The translations under genes and the position numbers were made by a program. Of a stretch of DNA of 64,000 nt, positions 49,067 through 59,186 are shown piece after piece. The notes below the pieces were generated by a model, which saw only the letters and a list, made by a program, of their open reading frames with translations, had not been told where the DNA came from and did no database searches. This DNA is from a virus. Position 1 is the first letter of the stretch. The number at the start of each line of letters is the position of its first letter. The stretch is from positions 27,914 through 91,913 of IMG/VR virus record IMGVR_UViG_3300027742_000001. The stretch is one strand, 5' to 3'.

Positions 49067-50149
49067 ATGAAAAATAATTTATTAAAAGTTAAAGATGAAT
49101 ACAGTTATAAGCCTTTTATATACCCTGAGGCTTATAACTTCTACTCGGTACATGAAGATTTACATTGGACAAAGAAAGAAATTGATTTAAACCCTGATGT
49201 AAAAGATTGGAGTACAAAAGCAACCGATGTTGATAAGTTTCTTATTACTAATATACTTAGAACATTTACAACAAATGAGGTAGCTGTTGGTAGTGGTTAT
49301 GATGCTGAGTTAAGAATATTTAAACCTCAGGAAGTAAAAATGATGTTAAGATGCTTTGCTAATAGAGAGAACATCCACATTGATGCTTATGCTAACTTTA
49401 CTGATACAGTAGGGGAGTTTAATGAAGATACATTCTACAATGAGTGGAGAGAGTATGAATGTATGGAAGAAAAATTAGAATATATACACAAAGCTAGGGT
49501 TAAACACTTTTATCAATATATTGATGAAGTTAGGGAAACTTGTGGAGAGGATAATTTAACCGAAGAAGAGATTAGAGATAAAGCTAATTTTAGATTTAGA
49601 CAAGATGTGGCTAGAATGTTAGCTGTTTATGGAGGAGGTACTGAAGGAGTATTACTATTTAGTCAATTTGCTATTTTAATGAATTTCCAAAGACATGGTA
49701 TGTTCTCAGGACTCTCTACAACAGTTGATTGGTCAATTAGAGATGAAAATCAACATTGTGAGGGACATTCTTGGTTATTCAGAACCTTAATAAAAGAAAA
49801 CTATGATATATGGACAGATGAATTAAAATTTGATATTTATGAAGCTTTTAGAGAAATAGTAAGGCTAGAAGATAACTTTTTAGACTTTGCCTTTAGTTTA
49901 GGTGAAATAAAAGGACTAACTTTATCTGAAATGAAACAGTATATTAGATATATTGCAGATAGAAGATTACTTGAATTAGGTATGAAACCCAACTTTAAAG
50001 TTAAAGACAACCCATTACCTTGGATGGAGGAGATGATTAATGCAAGTTCTTTCAGTAATTTCTTTGATGTTAAAGTTACTGAGTACGGAAAAGGCACAAC
50101 TAAAGGTGATTGGGAAGAAGCAAGTTCAATATTAGAACAATTTAGGTAA
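49067..50149 (+). CDS. nrdB: ribonucleotide reductase beta subunit
   Basis: HW, RENIHIDAY, EGVLLFSQF, RDENQH, YIADRRL, NFF....EY. Confidence 0.96.
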   Translation: MKNNLLKVKDEYSYKPFIYPEAYNFYSVHEDLHWTKKEIDLNPDVKDWSTKATDVDKFLITNILRTFTTNEVAVGSGYDAELRIFKPQEVKMMLRCFANRENIHIDAYANFTDTVGEFNEDTFYNEWREYECMEEKLEYIHKARVKHFYQYIDEVRETCGEDNLTEEEIRDKANFRFRQDVARMLAVYGGGTEGVLLFSQFAILMNFQRHGMFSGLSTTVDWSIRDENQHCEGHSWLFRTLIKENYDIWTDELKFDIYEAFREIVRLEDNFLDFAFSLGEIKGLTLSEMKQYIRYIADRRLLELGMKPNFKVKDNPLPWMEEMINASSFSNFFDVKVTEYGKGTTKGDWEEASSILEQFR

Positions 50150-50171
50150 AATATTATATTCCTTAAAGTAT

Positions 50172-50204
50172 TTAACCTAACTTTAAGGAATAGTTGTATA
50201 TAAT
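50172..50204 (+). promoter_or_regulatory. sigma70-type promoter
   Basis: tttaacctaactttaaggaatagttgtatataat. Confidence 0.7.
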
Positions 50205-50278
50205 TACAATGTTTAAAAAGAAATGTTGCCAAAAATAACCAAAAGGCTAATCAATTTAAAATAAAAAGGAGAAAATAT

Positions 50279-51259
50279 ATGGCAAGAGAATTGCACACAC
50301 TAAATGCTGAGGAAACTAACTTAGTAAATGAATTTGTTGAGGGGGGTATTGCTGAAACACCTGAAGAAGCTTTACAATTATTAATTGATGCTGGAGAGAT
50401 TACTGATACAGAATCTAGTGGTGGAGCTTCATCATTTATGCCTGAAGGGTTTTTGGAATTAAAATTTAGTTCAGGACATCAAAGGTCAGGATTTACAGTT
50501 GCTAATAGACAAGCTAAAAAAGAAAAAAATAAAGAATTTGTTTTTGAGAGTGGTGTTTACTACTATGGTACTAAACTTGTTAAAGATAAAGATACTGGAA
50601 GTATTAACTTTGAAGAAAGTTTGGTTGGAGAAAATTTAGGAGATAATCCTGAGATAGTTATTACAGGTATTCAATATGGTGGTTCTAGATATATTCCAAA
50701 TGCTAAAGATAACGTTTCAACAACTTTTGCACCTAATATGTTTACAGAAGGTCAAAAATCAATGATTGACTTTAATTCTAAGAAATCTTTTTATCAAATT
50801 AGACAAGATTTATTTACTGAATATGAAGTTGACCCTAAAAAACCTGAAACAAGAAAGAATATTCCTGATAATAGAAAAGTAAGTTTTGAAGCTCATGTAT
50901 TTGGTTTAGTTAAAATCAATGATGAATGGAAACCTTTTATGACAACTGAAAAAGTAAAATCTAATGATAGAGATTTCTTATATGATTTTAATGAAGCAAA
51001 TAAAGGTAAACAAAAGTCTAAAATTATTGCTAAAATTGATGTTGAAGAAGATGCTGATGGAAACTTTATTAAGAAAGCTGTTTTCTCAGAAGATATTTCA
51101 GCAGAAGATTATAAGAGTACTTTTTCTAAACTTGTAATGGAAAACATGAAAGCTGTTTCAAAATTCTTAGCAGAACAAAAGCAAGGAATTAAAGCTAATA
51201 AAGAAGATTCTAAGGATTCCGATACTGAAACAGAAGATGAACAAATTGATTGGGATTAA
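50279..51259 (+). CDS. probable single-stranded DNA-binding protein
   Basis: Own promoter; acidic C-terminal tail ending EDEQIDWD; followed by a hairpin. Confidence 0.55.
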   Translation: MARELHTLNAEETNLVNEFVEGGIAETPEEALQLLIDAGEITDTESSGGASSFMPEGFLELKFSSGHQRSGFTVANRQAKKEKNKEFVFESGVYYYGTKLVKDKDTGSINFEESLVGENLGDNPEIVITGIQYGGSRYIPNAKDNVSTTFAPNMFTEGQKSMIDFNSKKSFYQIRQDLFTEYEVDPKKPETRKNIPDNRKVSFEAHVFGLVKINDEWKPFMTTEKVKSNDRDFLYDFNEANKGKQKSKIIAKIDVEEDADGNFIKKAVFSEDISAEDYKSTFSKLVMENMKAVSKFLAEQKQGIKANKEDSKDSDTETEDEQIDWD

Positions 51260-51294
51260 TTTCCCTTTCAAATATCTTATTATAAAGGGGATAT

Positions 51295-51702
51295 ATGAAA
51301 TTTGTTAACACATTAGAATATTTTGATTTTGAAGATTATATTAAAACAAATGGTACTAATTATGCTAGAAATTTTGACTTATATACTTTATTTACTAATG
51401 AAGGACATGAGTTTACTCAAAATCAATTTGCAGAATTATTCTTTGCTAGAAGAAATGGTAAGACTTATTTAGCTTGTTATGAGTTATTTATTAAAATGTA
51501 TAGAGAACTAAAAGTTCCAAATACTAAGGGTAATTCAATTGAAAATACTTTCAGAGATACTAAAAGATTTACTTTTTTTGTAAGACAATTTAGAGATATT
51601 TTTGGTAATGGTTTTGAGGGTATTGTATCTTTGGAATATAAGAATCCTCATTCTATAAAAATGATAAGATTAGAAAATTATGGAAAGGAGATATATGAAT
51701 AA
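51295..51702 (+). CDS. hypothetical protein with terminase-type P-loop
   Basis: FARRNGKTY. Confidence 0.6.
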   Translation: MKFVNTLEYFDFEDYIKTNGTNYARNFDLYTLFTNEGHEFTQNQFAELFFARRNGKTYLACYELFIKMYRELKVPNTKGNSIENTFRDTKRFTFFVRQFRDIFGNGFEGIVSLEYKNPHSIKMIRLENYGKEIYE

Positions 51703-51931
51703 AGATGAATTAAAAATACTACAACAAGGTTTTTTACAATTAGGTATTAGTGCCTTTATTTATTTACTTTGGGTTATTTTAGGATTTATTTCAGTAATAA
51801 GTATTGGATTTATTATTCAATATAGTCTTGTTTTAATGTGGGTTCAAGGAGCAATTCTTTTATTTACTAACTTAACTGGGATATATTTTAGTTATAATTT
51901 CTTGAAAAATGATATTGAAGGAGAGAATTAA
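51680..51931 (+). CDS. membrane protein
   Basis: Two TM segments; the true start is probably the Met near 51695, after AAGGAG. Confidence 0.65.
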   Translation: MERRYMNKDELKILQQGFLQLGISAFIYLLWVILGFISVISIGFIIQYSLVLMWVQGAILLFTNLTGIYFSYNFLKNDIEGEN

Positions 51932-52173
51932 TGAATAAAAGAAAATTAGCAGTAGTTGAATTAGATTCAGGTTATGAAGGGTTATACCTTTTTGATAAAT
52001 TAGTTAATGAAGGTAATCCCTTAAATGAGGGTAATGAAAGATTTTTATACTTCATTGATTTATTAGATAATTATGAGTTAGATATATCTGATATACATTT
52101 TGGTTTTGCTTCTGATTTAGAGGAATTTCCCATGTTTTTATCTGAAATAGAAGGTATATTATGGGAGAATTAA
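51931..52173 (+). CDS. hypothetical protein
   Basis: RBS; coupled ORF. Confidence 0.7.
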   Translation: MNKRKLAVVELDSGYEGLYLFDKLVNEGNPLNEGNERFLYFIDLLDNYELDISDIHFGFASDLEEFPMFLSEIEGILWEN

Positions 52174-52355
52174 TGAATAAGTTTATTAATTGGTTTTATA
52201 AAAATTTAGTTCATTTATTTGGTGTCTTAGGAGTAGTTTTATCAGTATTATCTGTTATAACTACTTTCTTAGGTAGTTTTTTATTAACATTTTGTTTATT
52301 AAGTATTGCTCTTGGGAGTTTATATTTAGATTCATTTGTTAAAAGTAAAGTTTAA
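52173..52355 (+). CDS. small membrane protein
   Basis: Two TM segments; TAATG coupling. Confidence 0.6.
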   Translation: MNKFINWFYKNLVHLFGVLGVVLSVLSVITTFLGSFLLTFCLLSIALGSLYLDSFVKSKV

Positions 52356-52364
52356 AGGGGATTA

Positions 52365-52529
52365 ATGAACAAAAATAGTATAATTAAATTTATATTTTTA
52401 GTTTTAATTGGAGGATTTGCATTTTATAGTGGTTATATAAGATTCTCAAATCCTGAATTAACTGAAACACAGATTTTTTTAAAAAGTTTACATTTGGATA
52501 CTTTTAGTTTAAAGGAGATTAATGAATAA
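52365..52529 (+). CDS. small membrane protein (54 aa, not in the ORF track)
   Basis: AAGGGG RBS; MNKNSIIKFIFLVLIGG...NPELTETQIFL. Confidence 0.6.
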   Translation: MNKNSIIKFIFLVLIGGFAFYSGYIRFSNPELTETQIFLKSLHLDTFSLKEINE

Positions 52530-53004
52530 AGAAAAAGAAGAAAAGTTTATATTAACAGATTCTCTAAGAGAATGGAGAAAAGAACGAAACATTAATAATA
52601 TTAGTAGAGAAACTTACGTTAAGCAAGTTCTTGAAGAGTTACTTGAATTATATTTAACTGATAAAAAAGCTATTGATAAAAATACTTTAGCATTGTATGA
52701 TTCTTGGTTTAAACATTTAGAGGGTAATATGTTAAGTGTTGACTCCTTTATAGATGTAACACAAGATATACAAGTTTTTAGTGTAAATGCTAGTGAGATT
52801 TTAGGTTATGATAATAACAAATGTAATGAAGAAGTTTTTAAACATATTTCTTGTAGAAAACAAGACCCTCAACAAAAAGCTGAATGGGATACCTTTGGAA
52901 GTAAAGGTCAGAAGTGGCAAAAATGGAGAGAGCAACCTTTAAATGAACTTTATGAGCCTAACTATGAAGTTTGTAAATTAAATAGTAATGAATACCTTTA
53001 TTAA
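52522..53004 (+). CDS. MazG-like all-alpha nucleotide pyrophosphohydrolase
   Basis: WRKERNI, LEELLE, D..QDIQVF, EVFKHI.CRKQ...KW...YEPNY. Confidence 0.6.
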   Translation: MNKEKEEKFILTDSLREWRKERNINNISRETYVKQVLEELLELYLTDKKAIDKNTLALYDSWFKHLEGNMLSVDSFIDVTQDIQVFSVNASEILGYDNNKCNEEVFKHISCRKQDPQQKAEWDTFGSKGQKWQKWREQPLNELYEPNYEVCKLNSNEYLY

Positions 53005-53521
53005 AAGTCTTATTCCTAAAGGGGAATTAATTCAATTAAAACACTCTGATATAAAACCTCTTAGAGATAAGTTATTATCTGAAATAAATAATACTTGTCC
53101 TCTTTGTGGTAAAGAAATACAAGATGGAAAGGCTATCTTAGAACATTCCCATATAAAGGGGGTTGGTGGAACTGGATTAATAAGGGGTGTTTGTTGTAGT
53201 TCATGCAATATTCTACTTGGTAAGGTTGAAAATAACTGTAAAAGGTATAATATTTCTTTACAAGAACTTCCTAATGTTTTAGTACAGATGGCTACTTGGT
53301 TAAGTAAAGAACATTTACCTTTTGTACACCCAAATGAGAAACCTAAAGAGCCTATTTTAACAAAGAGTTCTTATAATGAGCTTAAAAAGGTTATTTTAGA
53401 AAATAATTTTACAAAAGATATGAAAAAGTTACCTAAATATCGAGATAAAAAACAAAAATTAACAAAAGTTTTGCAAGAAATGTTTACAAAATACAATGTA
53501 GAGCCTAAATTTTATAAATAA
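52988..53521 (+). CDS. recombination endonuclease VII-like Holliday junction resolvase
   Basis: CPLC..LEHSH..GLIRGVCCSSCNILLGKVEN. Confidence 0.85.
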   Translation: MNTFIKSLIPKGELIQLKHSDIKPLRDKLLSEINNTCPLCGKEIQDGKAILEHSHIKGVGGTGLIRGVCCSSCNILLGKVENNCKRYNISLQELPNVLVQMATWLSKEHLPFVHPNEKPKEPILTKSSYNELKKVILENNFTKDMKKLPKYRDKKQKLTKVLQEMFTKYNVEPKFYK

Positions 53522-53560
53522 TTTAAAGATTATTTTACTTAGGTTTTACTATAAAGGAGA

Positions 53561-54988
53561 TTGGTGAAAAAATACAAACATATTGATACTAATATATTAT
53601 TATTAGATAGTCAAAATTTAAAAATATTAGCTGAAGTTGATAATTCAGAAGATGATATTACTTTAGTTATTTCAGAAACTGTTATTGATGAGTTAGACTC
53701 TAAAAAGTCTTTATTATCCGAACTAGGATATAATGCAAGAGAGTTTGGAAGAACAATATCTAAAGCAGAAGTTATATCAACAAATGATTATGGTAGTTTC
53801 TCAGTTGTGAAGATAAACCTAAATGGTATTTCTATTGAGATAGTTTCAAAAAAAGAATATAAATTATGTAATTCAGAAAGTGGTTCTATAAGTAATGACT
53901 TAAAGATATTAGAAATTGTACAAGTTTATTCCGATACTTTTTTAGGACAACAGATATTTATATCTAATGATGTTATGGCTAGGATAAGAGCAACCTCGTT
54001 AGGGTTAGAGACTACTTCTTTAATTGAGGTAGATAATGTTGATTTAGATTTTTCAAAAGAATTAAAGGTTAGTTCAGATATTTTTTCTAAGATTAGAAAT
54101 AACTCAAATTTAACTATTTATGATATTGATAAAGATTATTGTACTAGAAATTATAATTATACTATTACTTGTGAGGAAACTAATCAACAAAAATTAATTA
54201 GTGTACTTCCTGAAGGTAAAATTGATTATATTTCAAAGGAAAAGGAAACAGATTTACGAAGACAAGAAGCTAGTCCTATTAATAAAGGTCAATTATTCTT
54301 TAGTAATGCTATTCAGAGTCAATTATATGATATAATAATTTGTGAAAGTTTAAGTGGTTCAGGTAAAACTGTAAGTGCTTTATCAAATGCTATGAAGCTT
54401 ATAAAAGCTAAAAAGTATGAATGTATCTATTATATTAGAAACAGTGTAGATGATGTTGATAAAGCCGAACAACAGGGTTTCAGAAAGGGCGGGGATTCTG
54501 AAAAAAATGGTATATTCTTTTTACCTTTAGATGATACCTTAGATTTTATTGCTAGAAAGAAACATAGTAATTCGAAATTAAAAGCAAATGAATTAGAAGA
54601 AAAAATTAATGCTGAAAAAGAGGATATGATGAAAAAATATAATATTATTCCTTTAACTGCATTAGGTTTAAGAGGTAGAACTTTAAGACCTAACTCTATT
54701 ATAATTTTTGAGGAAATTCAAAATGCTAGTTCTAGTTCTTTTCAAAAAATGTTAACAAGAGTTGGTAAAAACTCAATGATTATATGTATTGGTTCACAAA
54801 ATCAGATTGATAATCCTTATTTAACTAAATATAATAATGGATTAAGTATTTTATTAGACTCTTGTACTAAGAAAATGGAAACAGATATTAATTTATATGG
54901 AGTTACCTTACATAAAGTAGCTAGGTCTTCCGTTTCAGAGTTTGCTGAAAAACTTTTTACAAACAAATTACAACTAAAAGAGGGCTAA
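53561..54988 (+). CDS. phoH: PIN-PhoH family protein
   Basis: IDTNILL, VIDELD, NDLKI, SND PIN motifs; SGSGKT, LRGRT, EEIQN, TRVG, QIDNPYL. Confidence 0.92.
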   Translation: MVKKYKHIDTNILLLDSQNLKILAEVDNSEDDITLVISETVIDELDSKKSLLSELGYNAREFGRTISKAEVISTNDYGSFSVVKINLNGISIEIVSKKEYKLCNSESGSISNDLKILEIVQVYSDTFLGQQIFISNDVMARIRATSLGLETTSLIEVDNVDLDFSKELKVSSDIFSKIRNNSNLTIYDIDKDYCTRNYNYTITCEETNQQKLISVLPEGKIDYISKEKETDLRRQEASPINKGQLFFSNAIQSQLYDIIICESLSGSGKTVSALSNAMKLIKAKKYECIYYIRNSVDDVDKAEQQGFRKGGDSEKNGIFFLPLDDTLDFIARKKHSNSKLKANELEEKINAEKEDMMKKYNIIPLTALGLRGRTLRPNSIIIFEEIQNASSSSFQKMLTRVGKNSMIICIGSQNQIDNPYLTKYNNGLSILLDSCTKKMETDINLYGVTLHKVARSSVSEFAEKLFTNKLQLKEG

Positions 54989-54998
54989 TAACCCTCTT
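54978..54998 (+). terminator. hairpin over the phoH stop codon
   Basis: aagaggg-ctaataa-ccctctt. Confidence 0.6.
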
Positions 54999-55070
54999 CT
55001 TACACAAAAAAACTTATAAAACTACAAATTAATAAAAAATCAAACAAAATATCTTATTATTGTTACTTAA

Positions 55071-55103
55071 TTAAGCAAACTTTTATAAACTATCTGATAT
55101 AAT
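55071..55103 (+). promoter_or_regulatory. sigma70-type promoter
   Basis: ttaagcaaac...ctgatataat with extended -10. Confidence 0.7.
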
Positions 55104-55135
55104 ACTTTCTATAAAACAAAAATAAAGGAGAAATA

Positions 55136-55357
55136 TTGAATAATATTGATAGAGATAAAATAAGAGAGATTATACTTAAATATGAGAACACATATCCTAC
55201 TGAGACATTAGAATATAGTTTTAGTAACTGTATGGATATTGTTGAAGAAGTGTTATCTTATTTAGATTATGAAGAGAAAAACAAAGGCATGATAACTAGA
55301 TATATGGATAGTTATATGAAAAGAGAGAACATTTTATTTAAAAAGGAGAAATATTGA
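55136..55357 (+). CDS. hypothetical protein
   Basis: RBS; TTG start. Confidence 0.65.
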   Translation: MNNIDRDKIREIILKYENTYPTETLEYSFSNCMDIVEEVLSYLDYEEKNKGMITRYMDSYMKRENILFKKEKY

Positions 55358-55433
55358 AAAACAGTTATTACAAAGCAAAAACAAATGGGGATTCTAAAAA
55401 CCCTTATCTAAAAACAAAGGAAGGAGAATAATT

Positions 55434-55649
55434 ATGACAAAAGAAAGTATAGCAAAGATATTATTTGAGGAGTTAACTTATCTATATTGTGATAGTTGTA
55501 GATTTCAAGATATATCGGAAGAAGAAGCAAATGAATTATATGGACATTATGGTTGTGAAGATTGTTATAGAAAACATATGGAATGGGAAATTAGTGAAGG
55601 AACAGCTAATATATTAGCAAGTAAAATTTTAGAAAGTAAAGGAGAATGA
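55434..55649 (+). CDS. small Cys-cluster protein
   Basis: CDSC...CEDC. Confidence 0.7.
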   Translation: MTKESIAKILFEELTYLYCDSCRFQDISEEEANELYGHYGCEDCYRKHMEWEISEGTANILASKILESKGE

Positions 55650-55994
55650 ATGCAAAAAGAATACATAGGAAGTTTAGGAGTAAGACATAATCTTACAAAG
55701 TATACACTAACAAATGGTGTTGAGGTTATTCTTAATAAACAAGAAGAAGAAGAATTATTTAAAGATACAGAATTATTTGAAGATACTTTAGGGGATTATC
55801 TGTTATTACAGAATGACCACCAATATTTAGTAGAGGAAGCTAATGAGTTAGAAGAGTTACTAGCCAAAAGTGAGAGAGCTAATGAGAAATACCAAAACCA
55901 TATAGAAGTTTTAGAAACAAGACTTGAAAAGTATAAAGATATTGTAAAAACTTTCAAAGATTTTCAAGAACAAGTATCTAAAGTAAAAGTTTAA
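55650..55994 (+). CDS. coiled-coil hypothetical protein
   Basis: RBS; heptad pattern. Confidence 0.7.
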   Translation: MQKEYIGSLGVRHNLTKYTLTNGVEVILNKQEEEELFKDTELFEDTLGDYLLLQNDHQYLVEEANELEELLAKSERANEKYQNHIEVLETRLEKYKDIVKTFKDFQEQVSKVKV

Positions 55995-56003
55995 GGAGAA
56001 TAT

Positions 56004-56330
56004 ATGAAAACAATTAGAACAGATAGAACAAATAGATTTAAAAAAGAACATAAAACAATTTGTAAGATTTCATTAGGAAATTCTTTCAGTATTTATTCAG
56101 AAGAAACTCTTGAAAAGGTTACTCAATTAGATATTAAGGAAAATGACTTTGTTGTACTTTATAATATAGCTTTCGGTGGTAAATTTGTAGGTAAAATTAC
56201 TCAAAAGAACCCTTTTCTTAACTTGAATGAAAATAAGATAAGAAATATTAAACCAAATGTTCAAAAAGGTATTATTTGTAGAAAAGCAACTTTAATGGAT
56301 AGATTTTTAGATAAAATGGGGTGGCTATAA
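56004..56330 (+). CDS. hypothetical protein
   Basis: RBS plus ORF. Confidence 0.7.
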   Translation: MKTIRTDRTNRFKKEHKTICKISLGNSFSIYSEETLEKVTQLDIKENDFVVLYNIAFGGKFVGKITQKNPFLNLNENKIRNIKPNVQKGIICRKATLMDRFLDKMGWL

Positions 56331-56863
56331 TGGTTATTTTTCTTGGTGTATTTCTAATTTCTATAATATTTTTTATGTTGATATGGATGATATTAGCTTT
56401 ACTTAATGTTGTTAGTAATAATGAAGAAAAAATTATAATACCTATCTTTGTTACAGCAATAATTATAGGTTCCCTTTTTGTTTATAATAATTATAAAAAT
56501 AGAGAACTTAGAGAAAGGTCTTTTAATACAACTGAATTTAATATTTATAGTATTGAAAGAATATCTTCAATAGAGGGTAACTTTGTATTAGGTACAGGTG
56601 GTATTTCTGAAAAACAAAATTATATATTCTATATCCAAAAAGAAAATAAAGCAAAAGTATTAAGTAAAATTGAAGCTTATGGAACAGAGGTTTTCGAAGG
56701 GGATTATTCACCAAAGATTGTAAAAACAGAATGTATACCTAGTATAGAATTTGATTGGGGCATAGGAACAACTTTACCTAATTATTCTAGTTGTTGGGAT
56801 TATAAAGATAAGTATCAAATATATGTTCCTAAAAATACAATTATAAAAAATATGAAATTATAA
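56330..56863 (+). CDS. membrane protein (2 TM plus soluble domain)
   Basis: GNFVLGTGGI...YQIYVPKNTI pattern common in phage membrane proteins; TAATG-coupled start at 56330. Confidence 0.7.
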   Translation: MVIFLGVFLISIIFFMLIWMILALLNVVSNNEEKIIIPIFVTAIIIGSLFVYNNYKNRELRERSFNTTEFNIYSIERISSIEGNFVLGTGGISEKQNYIFYIQKENKAKVLSKIEAYGTEVFEGDYSPKIVKTECIPSIEFDWGIGTTLPNYSSCWDYKDKYQIYVPKNTIIKNMKL

Positions 56864-56872
56864 GGAGAAATA

Positions 56873-57124
56873 ATGAAAAAGAAAATTAAAGCAATTAAAG
56901 AAATAGATTCAAGTAAAGAGTTCTTATTAAAGAAAGGTTATTACAAAATTACTTTTAATGAAACTATTGAAAAAGAGTATATAGTTGTTAGTATCAAAGA
57001 GAATATTTGGTCAAGTATATTAGAGAAATATATTGATGATAATTATTCATTATATGAGGCTTGGTCATTAAAGAAACTTGACTATATTCTTGACCACCGA
57101 GACTTTGAGGGGTATGACTTATGA
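56873..57124 (+). CDS. hypothetical protein
   Basis: RBS plus ORF. Confidence 0.65.
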   Translation: MKKKIKAIKEIDSSKEFLLKKGYYKITFNETIEKEYIVVSIKENIWSSILEKYIDDNYSLYEAWSLKKLDYILDHRDFEGYDL

Positions 57125-57206
57125 ATATAATTAAAGATATAGGTTTTCAAGCAATAGTATTAGTAATAGCATTTTTAGTATTAGGTTTACTTATAGGAGG
57201 TGTTGA

Positions 57207-57521
57207 ATGAAAAAGTTTTATAAAGCAATTTTAATGAGTCTTATTTTTATAAGTACATTACAAGCAGATTTTAAAGAAAAAGATTATTATGAAATAGTTT
57301 ATGTAGAGGGTTGTTTAAATAGTATAAAAGGTAAATCTAGTAATATTCTTATATGTATTGATACTTGGCAATGTCTTAACAATAAGCATAGCAAATACAT
57401 TTTAAGAGATATTGATAAAGAGAGTAAAACCTCAATAGAGTTTTTTGGTAAAGTAAATATTTTTAATGATAGTTATTGTAAAGAAACTTACTTAGATTAT
57501 TGGGTTAAGGAGAATAAATGA
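57207..57521 (+). CDS. putative exported protein with four Cys
   Basis: Signal peptide ending LQA; GGAGG RBS. Confidence 0.65.
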   Translation: MKKFYKAILMSLIFISTLQADFKEKDYYEIVYVEGCLNSIKGKSSNILICIDTWQCLNNKHSKYILRDIDKESKTSIEFFGKVNIFNDSYCKETYLDYWVKENK

Positions 57522-58009
57522 ATGATATTTTAAAAGTTCATGTAAAGAGTGGTTATAAAGTTAATGATATTAATTCAGCATCATTTAATACAATTACTAT
57601 TGAACCTGAAGTGCTTAATTATTATGTATTTGAGGATTTTCGTAGTAACTTTGATGTACCAATAGATGTTATTAAAGAAATGGCTTCAGAGGAAATTGCA
57701 AAAAATATTGTAAATAAACTTACATATAGAAAAGATGAAAAGTACGATGGCACTATTGTACATTATTTTAGTATAAAAGATTATACAATAAAAGAAAGTG
57801 CTGAAAAAGAACAAATTATTAATAATTTAACAAATGATTACAATAATTTAACAAAGGATTATAGTGAGTTAACTACAATGTACTATAAGTTAATTGATAG
57901 ATATGACATATTAAATGAAGTTTATAGATATAATTCAAGAAATATATTTGAAAAAATAATTGATTGGGTGCTATATGATAAAGTATTTAATAAGAAAAAG
58001 GAGATATAA
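57518..58009 (+). CDS. hypothetical protein
   Basis: RBS; coiled-coil C-terminus. Confidence 0.7.
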   Translation: MNDILKVHVKSGYKVNDINSASFNTITIEPEVLNYYVFEDFRSNFDVPIDVIKEMASEEIAKNIVNKLTYRKDEKYDGTIVHYFSIKDYTIKESAEKEQIINNLTNDYNNLTKDYSELTTMYYKLIDRYDILNEVYRYNSRNIFEKIIDWVLYDKVFNKKKEI

Positions 58010-58010
58010 T

Positions 58011-58415
58011 ATGAAACACAAAGAATACATAAAACACACAAATTTATTAAAGTTCATTAAAAAAACAAATAAAAAAGAAAAAGAGTTCAAAGAAAACTTA
58101 ATAAGAATTCTTGTAAGGGATTACTCAGATGCTCCTTTTAATTGTAGTTCTAAAGAAATTCAAGAAGGAACAATTCTTGTACCTAATTCTTTTTTAGAAA
58201 AATATAAAGAGTTTAGTTTACTTAAAGATTATTCTTGGGTAAAATTTAATGAACATTGTGATAGTATTATTTTTATTAAGAAAATTGGTTGGGATAATTT
58301 AATAGATAGTCTTAAGTTAATGAGTTTAAAGGAAGATATTACTGAGGATAATTTTAGACAACAGTACTTGTTAGAGCTAAACGGAAATGAATCTTATGAG
58401 TTAAGTAAAGATTAA
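58011..58415 (+). CDS. hypothetical protein (start revised to 58011)
   Basis: AAGGAG RBS before 58011; C-terminal FRQQYLLEL. Confidence 0.7.
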   Translation: MKHKEYIKHTNLLKFIKKTNKKEKEFKENLIRILVRDYSDAPFNCSSKEIQEGTILVPNSFLEKYKEFSLLKDYSWVKFNEHCDSIIFIKKIGWDNLIDSLKLMSLKEDITEDNFRQQYLLELNGNESYELSKD

Positions 58416-58585
58416 AGGAAAAGATATGAAAAGTGAAGACTTTGATAAAGAATTATTTATAGATTGTAAGTAAAAAGAAAGTAAGTGTTAAACATATATA
58501 ATATAAATTATATCAAAAAGGGTAAATTATATATGTTTTTGATACTTAACTTATACTAAAAGGGAAAATTAAAAAAGGAGGATTA

Positions 58586-58858
58586 ATGAAAAAGTCTTAT
58601 ACAAAAGAAGTTATTTCATGTAATGTTAAAGAAGGAAGATTTGACTTAGTGATTGAAGATGCTTCTTTTAGAATAATTGATATTAGTGAAAGTGCTAAAA
58701 GAGGTTTTATTATTTATGATAAACTTTATGGTATTGACTTTACAGAGTCTTCTTTTAGGTTATGGGATTTTACAAAAGATTTTGCATATGGTACTTCTAG
58801 ACAAACAACTTTAGAAGATTTAATAAATTATTGCGAGAGAAATCTTGCTATATACTAA
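58586..58858 (+). CDS. hypothetical protein
   Basis: AAGGAGG RBS. Confidence 0.7.
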   Translation: MKKSYTKEVISCNVKEGRFDLVIEDASFRIIDISESAKRGFIIYDKLYGIDFTESSFRLWDFTKDFAYGTSRQTTLEDLINYCERNLAIY

Positions 58859-58874
58859 TTTAAAAGGAGAATAA

Positions 58875-59186
58875 ATGCTAAGCACAAAAGAATTAAATAA
58901 AGAAGCTAATAATATTTCAGTAAACCACCTAAAAGAATACTTCAAAGAGTTACCTATTAAGATTCTATCCGTCAATGATACAGTATATTCTCATGAGATA
59001 ACTACGTATACTTATGTTTATGGGGTATTTGATAAAAAAGAGGCTCAAGGAAATTATATTATATCAAATTACTTAATGAGGTTTTCTTTTAAAGGGGAAA
59101 CTAAAGAAATACTTCTTAATGAGGATTTACTTCGAGATAAAGAACCTTTAATAAATTCTCTTAAATGGGATTTAGGGTTAAGGTAA
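58875..59186 (+). CDS. hypothetical protein
   Basis: RBS; last gene before the non-coding G/T-rich tract. Confidence 0.7.
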   Translation: MLSTKELNKEANNISVNHLKEYFKELPIKILSVNDTVYSHEITTYTYVYGVFDKKEAQGNYIISNYLMRFSFKGETKEILLNEDLLRDKEPLINSLKWDLGLR

